Part shown: positions 29,009 to 39,279 of the stretch, one piece after another
Numbering within the stretch: position 1 is the first letter of the stretch
Layout of the letters: the number at the start of each line of letters is the position of its first letter
Source of the DNA: Promethearchaeota archaeon
Lineage (GTDB): Archaea; Asgardarchaeota; Lokiarchaeia; Sigyniarchaeales; SOKP01
Direction of reading: 5' to 3'
Assembly (NCBI GenBank): GCA_030667705.1
Contig: DAOUVJ010000003.1
Location: 1-59,682 of the forward strand
DNA: 59,682 bases
Translations under genes and position numbers: made by a program
The notes under the pieces: model-generated
Told to the model about the DNA's origin: nothing
Database searches by the model: none
What the model saw: the letters and a program-made list of their open reading frames with translations, nothing else

Positions 29009-30751
29009 ATGAAAAATAAAATGAGTCCATATGATGCAAAAATCTGGACTAAATCTTACGATAAACATGTGAAACCCAGTTTATCCTATCCTACAGATAA
29101 TTTGGGTATATTATTCGATAAAGCAATGAAGAAGTATCCTGATCGAATTGCATGCTACTTTATGGAAAGGGAAATGACATTTCAAGAACTTGATGATTAC
29201 GTGCATAGATTTGCAACCTTTTTACAAAAAAATGGTTTGAAAAAAGGAGATCGGGTTGCTATAAATTTAGCGAATTGTCCACAGTACTTGGTAGCTCATT
29301 TTGGCACATTATTAGTTGGGGGGGTTGCTTCTGGATGTTCACCGTTAATGAGCCCAACCGAGATTGCTTATCAAATTAATGACAGTGAAGCTAAGTTTTT
29401 TGTTACACTTGATGCTTTTTATGAAAAAGTATTAACAAAAGTCTTAGATAAAGTACCAAACTTGGAAACAATTATCACTACGAACATTAGCGATTACATG
29501 GGACTTTCTGGGATAAAAGTAGCACTAGGAAAACTGATAGGAAAGATCCCAAAGGGAAAGGTGATTCCTTATCCCGCTAAAAACGTCCTTGATTTTAATG
29601 AGGTAATTAAAACTGAGGATGATGTGGATGACGTAAAAATCGATTCAGAAAATGATCTTGCTTTATTACAATATACTGGGGGTACTACAGGCTTACCTAA
29701 AGGAACAGAACTCACACATAAAAATATTATCTCAAATATCGTTCAAATCTCAACTTGGATTGATAGAACTGAAGAGGAACAAGAAGACAAAGTTAACTTA
29801 TCTGCTTTCCCGCTTTTTCATTTAGCGGGTTTAGCAATGAGCATGGTTACACTTTATCTATCAGCTTCACAAATTCTCATCGCGAACCCAAGAGATAGTG
29901 ATCATATCATTAAAGAAATGATGGATAAAAAACCAATGATGATGGTGAACGTTCCTACGCTGTATTTGGCTATAAAGAACAGAATTAACGAAAAATGGCC
30001 AGTTGAAAAGATTCCAAGAGATGTTTTAAATGATATAGAGGTTTTTATTTCAGGAGCAGCTCCTTTTCCCGCAGAAGCTATTAATGATTTTGAGTCTTCT
30101 TTAGTAGCTAAAAATAAAGTGCTAGAGGTTTACGGAATGACGGAAACAAGCCCTATAATCTCCATGAATCCCTATTATGGTAAAAAAAAGATCGGAACTG
30201 TTGGTTTACCCGTACCAGATATAGAAGTTCGACTTGTTGATGTAGAAACTGGAGATCAAGTTGAGCTTGGAAAACCAGGAGAGATAATATGCAAGGGTCC
30301 TCAAGTTACAAGAGGATATTATAACAAACCAGATGCAAATTCAAAAACAATCATCGATGGCTGGTTTCATACTGGTGATGTTGGTGTAATGGATGAGGAT
30401 GGATACATTACAATCGTAGATCGGACAAAGGACATGCTTATTGTCAGTGGATATAAGGTATATAGCGTTCACGTAGAAGATATCTTAACAAAACATCCCA
30501 ATATTGAAATGGTAGCAATAATTGGCTTAAAAGATCCCGATCGGCCTGGAAGTGAAACTGTAAAAGCTGTAGTTCAGCTTAAAGAAGGATTTGAACCAAC
30601 GAATAAAGTAAAAACAGACTTAAAGAATTATGCAGCCGAACATCTGTCGAAATATGAAAATCCAAGAATATGGGAGTTTAGAGAAACACTCCCGCTGACA
30701 ACTGTGGGGAAAATTCTTAAACGTGCTTTACGAGAAGAATCAACTAACTAA
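29009..30751 (+). CDS. Long-chain fatty acid--CoA ligase (FadD-like)
   Basis: QYTGGTTGLPKG, EVYGMTETSP, WFHTGD, DRTKDML, TVGKIL. Confidence 0.92.
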   Translation: MKNKMSPYDAKIWTKSYDKHVKPSLSYPTDNLGILFDKAMKKYPDRIACYFMEREMTFQELDDYVHRFATFLQKNGLKKGDRVAINLANCPQYLVAHFGTLLVGGVASGCSPLMSPTEIAYQINDSEAKFFVTLDAFYEKVLTKVLDKVPNLETIITTNISDYMGLSGIKVALGKLIGKIPKGKVIPYPAKNVLDFNEVIKTEDDVDDVKIDSENDLALLQYTGGTTGLPKGTELTHKNIISNIVQISTWIDRTEEEQEDKVNLSAFPLFHLAGLAMSMVTLYLSASQILIANPRDSDHIIKEMMDKKPMMMVNVPTLYLAIKNRINEKWPVEKIPRDVLNDIEVFISGAAPFPAEAINDFESSLVAKNKVLEVYGMTETSPIISMNPYYGKKKIGTVGLPVPDIEVRLVDVETGDQVELGKPGEIICKGPQVTRGYYNKPDANSKTIIDGWFHTGDVGVMDEDGYITIVDRTKDMLIVSGYKVYSVHVEDILTKHPNIEMVAIIGLKDPDRPGSETVKAVVQLKEGFEPTNKVKTDLKNYAAEHLSKYENPRIWEFRETLPLTTVGKILKRALREESTN

Positions 30752-30882
30752 ATTAAATCTTTAAATCTTATTTTTTTATTTTCTCAATTTTATAAACCTA
30801 TTTTAATGATTTTGTTGAATAGTTAATCATAGATATAAAAAAATAAATCAAAATTCAAAAATAATGGGTTGAATGTGCAAAA

Positions 30883-32157
30883 ATGAAAAAAGGACAAGTT
30901 CAATGTATAAGTGATGAGATATTAAACAAACTCTCATTAAAGAACCGCTATAAATTCCTAAATTATAATTTAATGAGTTATTTGGAACCTAAACATTTTA
31001 ATCTGCTTAAGGAGGCTGAAAAGTTTTTTAGGAATTTCGAGAAAAAGCATGACATAAACCACACCGAAGATTTCTATGATTGGATACCTGAAGTAGGTAA
31101 AGCAGGGTTTATCACGCGCGTGCATAAGTTTGATAATCTAGGGTTAGATTTTGAAACGTATGGGATGACTGCTGAGTTCATGAGGGTGCTTGCCATGGAT
31201 TTCTTTGACCCTCAATTTGCGATGGGTGCTGGTGCTACAGTTTTAGCAGTTAATCCTTTAATGCTTCATCACGAAAATGAGGAAATACGATTACGTGCTC
31301 TCAAAGAGCTAGTTACCGGTGAAAAAATTGGATGCATCTGTATCACGGAGCCTGAAAGAGGTTCGGATGCAGTTCACATGCTAACCACTTGCGATGAACA
31401 ACCAGATGGCAGTTTTATTGTGAACGGAGAAAAAATTTATCAAACGAATGGTCCTAAAGCAGATTGGGCTGTGATTTATGCAGTAACCGAAAAAAATAAT
31501 GGGAATACGATGTCTCAACTTCTTGTAGATACTAGTTGGGAAGGATGGGAAGTTGAAAGAGTAAATATTCCGTGGACGCCAAGGATCTTTATTGGAAAAG
31601 AAACAATGACTAACTTAAAAGTCCCAAAAGAATGTGTCTTGGGAAAACCAGGTCAAGGACGTTCACATTTATTTGAGGGATTAAACTTAGAACGAATTGG
31701 TATAGTTTGCCTGAACGCAGCAGAAGCATGGAATGCTTTTACTCATGCTGTAATCTATTCAAACATGCGCAAGCAATTTGACTTAGAAGTACTTAAATAT
31801 CAAGGAGTGGGTTTTCCTTTAGCTGATATATGGTCTGAAATCATGAGCTTAACTTTAGCAACCTTGAATCTCTGTCAAATGATTGATGCTAAATTGGAGA
31901 AATTAGGAACACTACCTAAAGAATTTAACTTGGCTTTAATGGCCACAGCTTCTCAATTGAAACTTTTAAGTACTAAATTAAACCAACGCGCGTGTTATGA
32001 ATGTGCGAATATCATGGGCGGCGCAGGAGTATGTGACAACACCTTAATGCATGATTTATTAGGTATCTCAAGAATCCAAGAGATTGGTGGTGGAACAAGG
32101 CAAGTGCAGGAATATATCCTCAGTATGGGCTTGAGACAATTATTCAAGGCATTGTAA
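30883..32157 (+). CDS. Acyl-CoA dehydrogenase family
   Basis: ITEPERGSD, VNGEKIYQTNG, RKQFD, IMGGAG, QEIGGGT. Confidence 0.9.
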   Translation: MKKGQVQCISDEILNKLSLKNRYKFLNYNLMSYLEPKHFNLLKEAEKFFRNFEKKHDINHTEDFYDWIPEVGKAGFITRVHKFDNLGLDFETYGMTAEFMRVLAMDFFDPQFAMGAGATVLAVNPLMLHHENEEIRLRALKELVTGEKIGCICITEPERGSDAVHMLTTCDEQPDGSFIVNGEKIYQTNGPKADWAVIYAVTEKNNGNTMSQLLVDTSWEGWEVERVNIPWTPRIFIGKETMTNLKVPKECVLGKPGQGRSHLFEGLNLERIGIVCLNAAEAWNAFTHAVIYSNMRKQFDLEVLKYQGVGFPLADIWSEIMSLTLATLNLCQMIDAKLEKLGTLPKEFNLALMATASQLKLLSTKLNQRACYECANIMGGAGVCDNTLMHDLLGISRIQEIGGGTRQVQEYILSMGLRQLFKAL

Positions 32158-32295
32158 ATTTTTCATTTTTCTTTTTCTATTTATTTTTTCTAAATTAGAA
32201 TTAAGAGTCAATTTTCCAACTGAACATCATAAAACTATTTAAATTTTAAAATTCAGATCTAATTAGAAGAATTTCCGTATTTATAAGGTAAAAAA

Positions 32296-33123
32296 ATGAA
32301 TATTGAAGATTTTGAAGACATAATTTATAAGAAAGAAGAAAATGGGATATGTACCATCACTTTTAACCGACCCGAGAGAAGGAATGCATTATCTTTTGTT
32401 ACCTTCTTAGAGATCCAAGCAGTATTGGATGACATGGAAAAGGACAAAAATGCTAGGGTGCTAATAATGACAGGTTCTCCGGAAGGAAGGGCTTTTTCTT
32501 CAGGAGGCTACTTTAACATGAAAATGGTGACAGAAATTCCCAAAGATATCATGAAAGATATAGATTTAAAGGATATTGCTCAGAAAAAAATTTGCATGAA
32601 ATTTTGGAATTTTAAAAAACCTGTAATTGCTGCTATAAATGGTTTAGCACTTGGAGCGGGTTTTACAATGCCTTTAGCTTGTGCCGATTTAATATATATG
32701 GCTGACGATCCTGAGACTTATTTAGGACTAATATTCGTTAAACGAGCAATTATCCCCGAGTTTGGTCTCTCATTCCTTCTACCATTTTATGTTGGGTTTC
32801 AAAAAGCAAAGGAACTCTTGTATTTTGGGGATAAAATTCATGCTAAAGAAGCTGAAAGACTAGGACTGATAAATAAAGCGCTTCCTCCTGAAGAGTTATT
32901 GCCATTTGTTAGGAAACAAGCAGAAAGATTAATCCCACCTAAAGGTCCGAGTTTATCTTTAAAATTAATGAAAAAAACAATGCATGATTACTTCAGAGAA
33001 ATAATTTCAAGTACATTGGATAAAGAAAATGAAGCTCTCCAAGCAGCATTTAAAACACATGACATGAGAGAATCCACGAAAGCTCTCATGCAAAAACGAG
33101 AACCAATTTTCAAAGGAAAATAA
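32296..33123 (+). CDS. Enoyl-CoA hydratase/isomerase family
   Basis: FNRPERRNAL, KPVIAAINGLALGAG, KREPIFKGK. Confidence 0.9.
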   Translation: MNIEDFEDIIYKKEENGICTITFNRPERRNALSFVTFLEIQAVLDDMEKDKNARVLIMTGSPEGRAFSSGGYFNMKMVTEIPKDIMKDIDLKDIAQKKICMKFWNFKKPVIAAINGLALGAGFTMPLACADLIYMADDPETYLGLIFVKRAIIPEFGLSFLLPFYVGFQKAKELLYFGDKIHAKEAERLGLINKALPPEELLPFVRKQAERLIPPKGPSLSLKLMKKTMHDYFREIISSTLDKENEALQAAFKTHDMRESTKALMQKREPIFKGK

Positions 33124-33223
33124 CTCAATTTTTAATATATTCTTAATAGAAATGCTTTTTTATGTTATTAATTAAAAGTGATTTATACTATTTTTTGCAA
33201 CACATAAAAAGTGATATCTAAAA

Positions 33224-34744
33224 TTGACTATTGAGGAAATCGGTTTTAATAATAGTAAGTACCTAAAAGAGCAATCTAAAAGCATAATGGATCGAGCTGC
33301 TCAATTTGGAGATAAATTATACTTAGAGTTTGGTGGAAAATTGATATCTGATTATCATGCTTCAAGAGTTCTCCCTGGTTTTGATCCAAACGTAAAGTTG
33401 GAACTCTTAAAGAGACTTGAAGATAAAATTGAGGTTATAATCTGTATCTACTCCGGAGATATTGAAAGAAGAAAGATGCGAGCAGATTTTGGAATCACTT
33501 ATGATACTGATACAATGAAATTGATTGATGAACTTCGAGAGGGAGGAATTAATGTAATTGCAGTGGTAGTGACACGTTTTAATGGTCAACCTATTGTAAA
33601 GCAATTCATAAACAAGCTAGAAAGGCGGAATATAAAGGTGTACACGCACCGTTCAATCAAGGGTTATCCTACTAATATTGATTTAATAGTAAGTGAAGAA
33701 GGATATGGCGCAAATAAATATATTGAAACTACTAAACCAATCATTATTGTGACGGCACCTGGACCTGGAAGTGGAAAAATGGCAACGTGTCTCTCTCAAA
33801 TATATCATGAAAATCAAATGGGTCTAGAAGCAGGTTATGCTAAGTTTGAAACCTTTCCGATTTGGAATTTACCTCTAAAGCATCCCATAAATATGGCGTA
33901 TGAGTCTGCCACGGCTGATATTGGAGATTTTAATCAAATAGATCCCTTCCATCTTGAAACTTATGATATTACTGCAATCAATTATAACAGAGATGTGGAG
34001 ATTTTTCCCGTAGTTAAGAAAATCATGAGTCGGATTATGGGAAATAAATTAGTATACAAATCTCCAACTGATATGGGTGTAAATAAGGCAGGATTCGCAA
34101 TAACTAATGATGATTTGGTGCAACATGCCGCTAAACAAGAACTAATCCGGAGATATTTTCGATATAGGTGTGAATATGTAATGGGTTTAATGGATAAGAA
34201 GACTGTACAGAAAGCTGAACTATTAATGAAAGAATTAAATCTTTCTCCACTTGATCGTAAAGTAGTGAAAAAAGCACATAACGCTTCCATACTTGCCCAA
34301 AGAAAAGGAAAAGGTAATGAAGGGGTATTTGCGGGAGCTGCTTTAGAATTAAAGGACGGTACAATTATAATGGGTAATAATTCTTCACTAATGCATGCTG
34401 CCTCTAGTCTAATCTTAAATGCTATCAAAGTATTAGCTCATATTCCTGATGATATTCATCTCTTATCCCCAAATATATTACAATCCATAAGTAACTTGAA
34501 GTCAGAGATTTTTAACAATAAAAGATTGAGTCTCAATCTTGAAGAAGCTCTTATTGCCTTAAGTATAAGTGCTGATTTCAATCCCTCAGCAAAGGTTGCG
34601 ATGGAAAAACTTAAAGATCTCAAAGGTTGTGAAATGCATTCAACTCATATACCCACACCTGGAGATGAAGCCGGATTAAGAAGATTGGGACTTAATATAA
34701 CTTCTGAACCGAATTTTTCATCAAAAAGTCTTGTTATTACTTAA
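33224..34744 (+). CDS. DUF1846 (UPF0371) family protein
   Basis: KLYLEFGGKL..DYHASRVLPGF, TAPGPGSGKMATCLSQ, KFETFPIWNLPLKHP, SPTDMGVN. Confidence 0.9.
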   Translation: MTIEEIGFNNSKYLKEQSKSIMDRAAQFGDKLYLEFGGKLISDYHASRVLPGFDPNVKLELLKRLEDKIEVIICIYSGDIERRKMRADFGITYDTDTMKLIDELREGGINVIAVVVTRFNGQPIVKQFINKLERRNIKVYTHRSIKGYPTNIDLIVSEEGYGANKYIETTKPIIIVTAPGPGSGKMATCLSQIYHENQMGLEAGYAKFETFPIWNLPLKHPINMAYESATADIGDFNQIDPFHLETYDITAINYNRDVEIFPVVKKIMSRIMGNKLVYKSPTDMGVNKAGFAITNDDLVQHAAKQELIRRYFRYRCEYVMGLMDKKTVQKAELLMKELNLSPLDRKVVKKAHNASILAQRKGKGNEGVFAGAALELKDGTIIMGNNSSLMHAASSLILNAIKVLAHIPDDIHLLSPNILQSISNLKSEIFNNKRLSLNLEEALIALSISADFNPSAKVAMEKLKDLKGCEMHSTHIPTPGDEAGLRRLGLNITSEPNFSSKSLVIT

Positions 34745-34897
34745 TGGTTTTGTTTGCCCTCAGCTCTCAGAAAGAGGTTAGAGAGTTCAATAAATTCATG
34801 AGAGAAATTCAATTTGCTAATTTCTCGAAATTCTTATAAATTGTGTTTTATATTTAATATTTTTATATTGTAATACTTAAAAAAATGGTTTCAAAAT

Positions 34898-36592
34898 ATG
34901 ACAGATGAGAGGAAGAATGAAACACGTTTCATATTCGTCACTGGCGGCGTTATGAGTGGAATTGGCAAGGGTGTTGTAACCGCCAGTATCGGTAAGGTTT
35001 TACAATTCAGAAGTTTTAATATTTCGGTAGTAAAGATTGATCCATATCTGAATGTTGATCCAGGCACTCTTAATCCCGTAGAACACGGTGAGTGTTTTAT
35101 TACTGAAGATGTATGGGAATTTAAACCAGTACCGGATTCAGATGAAAGAATATATAAGATTTCTGAGATAGATCAAGATTTTGGAACCTACTCCCGATTT
35201 CTTGGTCTTGATATGCATCCTTCCCACAATATAACATCTGGTCAAATCTATCTCACTACTATTCTTGGTGAGAGAAAGGGTAGATTTCTTGGAAAAACTG
35301 TACAGATTATTCCACATGTAACAACGATAATAAAAGAAAGATTAATAGAAATATCTAGATGTGAGAATTTAGATGTACTTCTTATAGAATGTGGTGGTAC
35401 AGTCGGTGACTTAGAATCAAGCATATTTCTAGAAGCTTTTCGTCAAATCAAAATAGAATATCCTAATCGCACAGCTTTGGTGCATGTAACTCTTGTACCA
35501 TATTCTCAAGCAGTTGGACAGCAAAAATCTAAACCTAGTCAACATTCAGTGAAAATGCTTCAGAGTCTTGGATTAAATCCCGATATTATTATTGGTAGGA
35601 GTGAAAAACCTTTAGCAGATGACATCAAACAGAAAATTTCTTTATATTCCAATATTCCTGAAACAGCAGTAATTTCTAATCCCGATCTTAAAGTTGTCTA
35701 CGAGTTACCTTTACTCTTTGAGGAACAAGGATTAGGCGATTATCTTTGTGAGATGATTGATTTAAAGGCGAAACTGGTTTCTTATAATGAGGTTACCAAT
35801 TACTCAGAATGGGTAAAAATGATCAATATTTATAAATCTGCCAATAAAACGATAACAATCGGAATGCCTGGTAAATATTTCAACATTTCTGATTCATATA
35901 TTTCAATTAATGATGCTTTAGAACATGCTGCGGCTCATCAAGGATATAAAACAGAACTAAAAATGATTAATTTATCTGAAGATACAAATGTAGGAGAAGA
36001 GTTAAGCGATTGTGATGGAATATTATTAACACCTGGGTTTGGAGAGAGAGCTGTTGAAGGAATGATTCAGTCTGCAGAATATGCCATGGATAAAAAAGTG
36101 CCATTTTTAGGCATCTGTTTTGGTGCTCAACTATTTTATGTAGCCTTTTGCAGGAAATATTTGGGCTTAAAAGGTGCAAACTCTACTGAAATAGATCCCG
36201 ATACGCCATACCCCGTGATTGATCTTTTAGAAAGCCAGAAAGTCGTGATTGAGAAAGGAGGTAGTATGAGATTAGGAGCTCATAAAATAATTGTTGAGAA
36301 ACACACTAAACTTTACAAAGCTTATAACCAAAAAGAAATTAAAGAAAGGTTTAGGCATAGATATCATATTCAAGAAAGATTTATCACAGAAGAAGCCAAA
36401 CAAAAAGGTATGGTTGTATCAAGTAGAGATGAAACCGGGAAAATAATAAATAGCATTGAATTAAATCGAGAAGACCATTGGATGGTTGGAACCCAATTTC
36501 ACCCTGAATTTAAATCTAGGCCATACGCTCCTAGTAAATTGTATTTTGATTTTATAAAAGCGTGTATTACAAAAAAAGCAGGAAATAATTAA
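34898..36592 (+). CDS. pyrG: CTP synthase
   Basis: FVTGGVMSGIGKG, KIDPYLNVDPGT, GGTVGD, GICFG, ERFRHRY, QFHPEF. Confidence 0.97.
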   Translation: MTDERKNETRFIFVTGGVMSGIGKGVVTASIGKVLQFRSFNISVVKIDPYLNVDPGTLNPVEHGECFITEDVWEFKPVPDSDERIYKISEIDQDFGTYSRFLGLDMHPSHNITSGQIYLTTILGERKGRFLGKTVQIIPHVTTIIKERLIEISRCENLDVLLIECGGTVGDLESSIFLEAFRQIKIEYPNRTALVHVTLVPYSQAVGQQKSKPSQHSVKMLQSLGLNPDIIIGRSEKPLADDIKQKISLYSNIPETAVISNPDLKVVYELPLLFEEQGLGDYLCEMIDLKAKLVSYNEVTNYSEWVKMINIYKSANKTITIGMPGKYFNISDSYISINDALEHAAAHQGYKTELKMINLSEDTNVGEELSDCDGILLTPGFGERAVEGMIQSAEYAMDKKVPFLGICFGAQLFYVAFCRKYLGLKGANSTEIDPDTPYPVIDLLESQKVVIEKGGSMRLGAHKIIVEKHTKLYKAYNQKEIKERFRHRYHIQERFITEEAKQKGMVVSSRDETGKIINSIELNREDHWMVGTQFHPEFKSRPYAPSKLYFDFIKACITKKAGNN

Positions 36593-36638
36593 AAACACCT
36601 GATTTTAAATTAATATTTACCATCTTAAAGGGATTCAG

Positions 36639-37553
36639 ATGAATGAAAAGTATTTTAAATATAAAAATGCAGTAATTACTGGAGCAGCAAGCGGGATTGG
36701 CCGAACGTTAGCCTTAGAACTCGCCAAAATGGGAACTAACCTAGTGATTTCAGATATTAACTTGGAGAGGTTAGAAAAAGTAAAAAAAGAAGCGGAAACC
36801 TATAAAGTCAAAGTGACCTCACAGAAGTGTGATGTCACGAAAAAAGCAGATATTAAAAGCTTGCGAGATACAACACTCTCAAACATGCAAGATGTACATT
36901 TTCTTTTTAGCAACGCCGGAATAGCGGTAGGTGGGCATTTTGAAAACTTTTCAAAAGAAATATGGAGGAATATCTTCAATGTAAACATATGGGGCCTGAT
37001 TAATTTAGTTGATGCGTTTATTCCAAAAATGTTAGAACAAGGTTTTGGACACGTTATTGTAACCAGTTCTATTGCGGGAATAATTGGAGCCGGCGGATTG
37101 ATCCCATATAGCACCTCTAAATTTGCTAATTTTGGATTCTGTGAAGCTTTGCATGGCGAATTTAAAGATGAAGGAATAGATGTTTCGATTATTTGCCCGT
37201 TTCCTATTAAAACTAATCTAATTGAGACTGCGAAAATAAGTTATTCTCCCGATTTACTTAATAAATATAGTCAAGAACAATTAGCTAAAGGCATTGAAAT
37301 TGGAAAAGAACACTATTGGAACGAATTTACAAAAGGAGGATACGAATTAGAGACCGCAATACGCATTTATCTCAAAAAAATCGCTAAAAAGAAGCTTTAT
37401 ATTAGCGAACGTAAAAAAGCAAGATTTCTCTTCTTCATAAAAGGGCTATGGCCAAATTTTTATAAAAAGATCGTGAGGAAAGTAGGCACCGAACACCTTC
37501 GTATAGTGGACGAATCAACTCAAAAAGCAATTGATTTCATAGAAAAAACTTAA
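36639..37553 (+). CDS. Short-chain dehydrogenase/reductase
   Basis: TGAASGIG, SNAG, YSTSK (YxxxK). Confidence 0.9.
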   Translation: MNEKYFKYKNAVITGAASGIGRTLALELAKMGTNLVISDINLERLEKVKKEAETYKVKVTSQKCDVTKKADIKSLRDTTLSNMQDVHFLFSNAGIAVGGHFENFSKEIWRNIFNVNIWGLINLVDAFIPKMLEQGFGHVIVTSSIAGIIGAGGLIPYSTSKFANFGFCEALHGEFKDEGIDVSIICPFPIKTNLIETAKISYSPDLLNKYSQEQLAKGIEIGKEHYWNEFTKGGYELETAIRIYLKKIAKKKLYISERKKARFLFFIKGLWPNFYKKIVRKVGTEHLRIVDESTQKAIDFIEKT

Positions 37554-37556
37554 TTC

Positions 37557-39002
37557 TTAGTTTATTTCAAGTATCTTTTTTACCAATTCTTTCTTATCAT
37601 CTAAATTTGATTGTCGAGAAATCATTATTCTCTGTGCTTGTGGACTTCCTGCTCCGTGAAGGGATTCGGTTCTATAACTGACAGAGGCAACTCCCATGGT
37701 TAAATTTTCAATGAAGCGAAGCACTTTATATCGATCTTCAGCATTTGTTCCTTCACAAGTCGTTAAATACTTTTCAATTAAAGAGCCTATCTCTTTTGAT
37801 TTAAGATCTGCCTCAGAAGGCATGGTACATATCATCCCTCCCGCAATATCTTCAGCTAATCTTCCTATCTCATATGGAAAGCGAGTGACATTTAGTTTAC
37901 AAACATTAGCCAATAACATGTCCATTTCATAATTCCCTGATTCTCTTTGAAATCCTAATGAACTACAAGCAACACCACAACTATATAATGTTTCATTAAG
38001 ATGAGTCATCTCAACTAGCTTATCTTTCACATGTGATGCTTTTTCCGTTCCATTATATTCAGAAATTAATGCTGTTGCACCTATCAACACATCTCCTACC
38101 CCAACTTTACATCCTCCATAAGATTGTCGATGAAAACCAGCAAATCGGTTGACTAATTCTCCGGAAAAATCAATTTCGCCGTTCATGAAAATATTTTCCT
38201 TAGGTACAAACACATCATCAAATACAACGAAAATTTCTTGACCACCGTACTTAAAATTTCCAATATCTAACTTACCCTGTTCCATTTTTCGGGTATCACA
38301 AGATTGCCTTCAATAAATCATTGTAATTCCTTTTGTGTTTGTGTCTATTCCAAAACTTACGGCATAATCTTCCTCTCCTTTTCTTAAAGAAAGTGTTGGC
38401 ATGATTATAGCTCGATGCGAGTTTAAAAATCCAGTTTGGTGAACTTTAGCTCCTCGAACAATGATTCCATCCTCGTTTGAATCTATGACATGTAAATATG
38501 CATCGGGATCTGGTTGATCTTTCGGTCTTTTACTCCTATCACCTTTTGTATCTGTCATTGCTCCATCAACCATGAGGTCTTGATTTTGGACTTCAATCCA
38601 ATAATTTTTAAATCGGGAATGGTAATCTGTACCATATTTCTTGTCAATTTCATGAGTCACACTATATAACGCATTAGCAGTATCAAACCCTACACATCGC
38701 ATGAAGCAGCAGGCAGTTTTTTGTCCTAATAATCGTTGCATTTTAACTTTATTAATCAGATCTTCAACCGATTGATGGATATGGGTAAATCGATTGATTA
38801 TTTCTCCAGTTAAATGAGATTTTGTCGTCATTAAATCCTTATACTCGTCCATCTGGGCTAATTCATAAATCTTCATGACCGTGTTTATCGAAGGTTTAAT
38901 GATTGGATGATTATAAAATTCTTGGACTTTCTCGCCAAACATATATAGATTAACTGGGCGTTTTATACTTTTTAAGTACTCTTCTGGAGTTTTTAACGGC
39001 AT
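37557..39002 (-). pseudogene. abfD: Canonical 4-hydroxybutyryl-CoA dehydratase/vinylacetyl-CoA isomerase interrupted by an in-frame TGA (38310-38312)
   Basis: The two ORFs are in the same frame: GITMIY*RQSCDTRKME. Motifs CFMRCVG, MTDTKGDRS, GGQE, FHRQSYGGCK and TESLHGAGS are present. Confidence 0.82.
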
Positions 39003-39279
39003 TTTTTTTATACCTTTTCTACTAATAATTACTATTTAGATAAAGAGCTTTTAGTTATTAAAAATGATTCTAATATTTGTTAATTCTTCTTTCATCATTA
39101 CTTTTTAATTTCTCTTTCTAATTTATTTTAGCTAAGGTTTCTTTTTAAATTCGCTTTTTTAACTAGAAATTTACTGATTGAAAAAATGAAAAAAAGATGA
39201 AATATTTATAACTATTATTGGTTCTCTTGCTTTTATTCAGTTTCTAAAATGGTTGTAATTCTGACATTTATTATTCAAT

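Noticed and set aside
38310-38312. Selenocysteine or genome-wide UGA-to-Gly/Trp recoding
   Set aside because: The aligned residue is Gly, no SECIS-like element is evident on that strand, and TGA ends several apparently full-length genes in the window.
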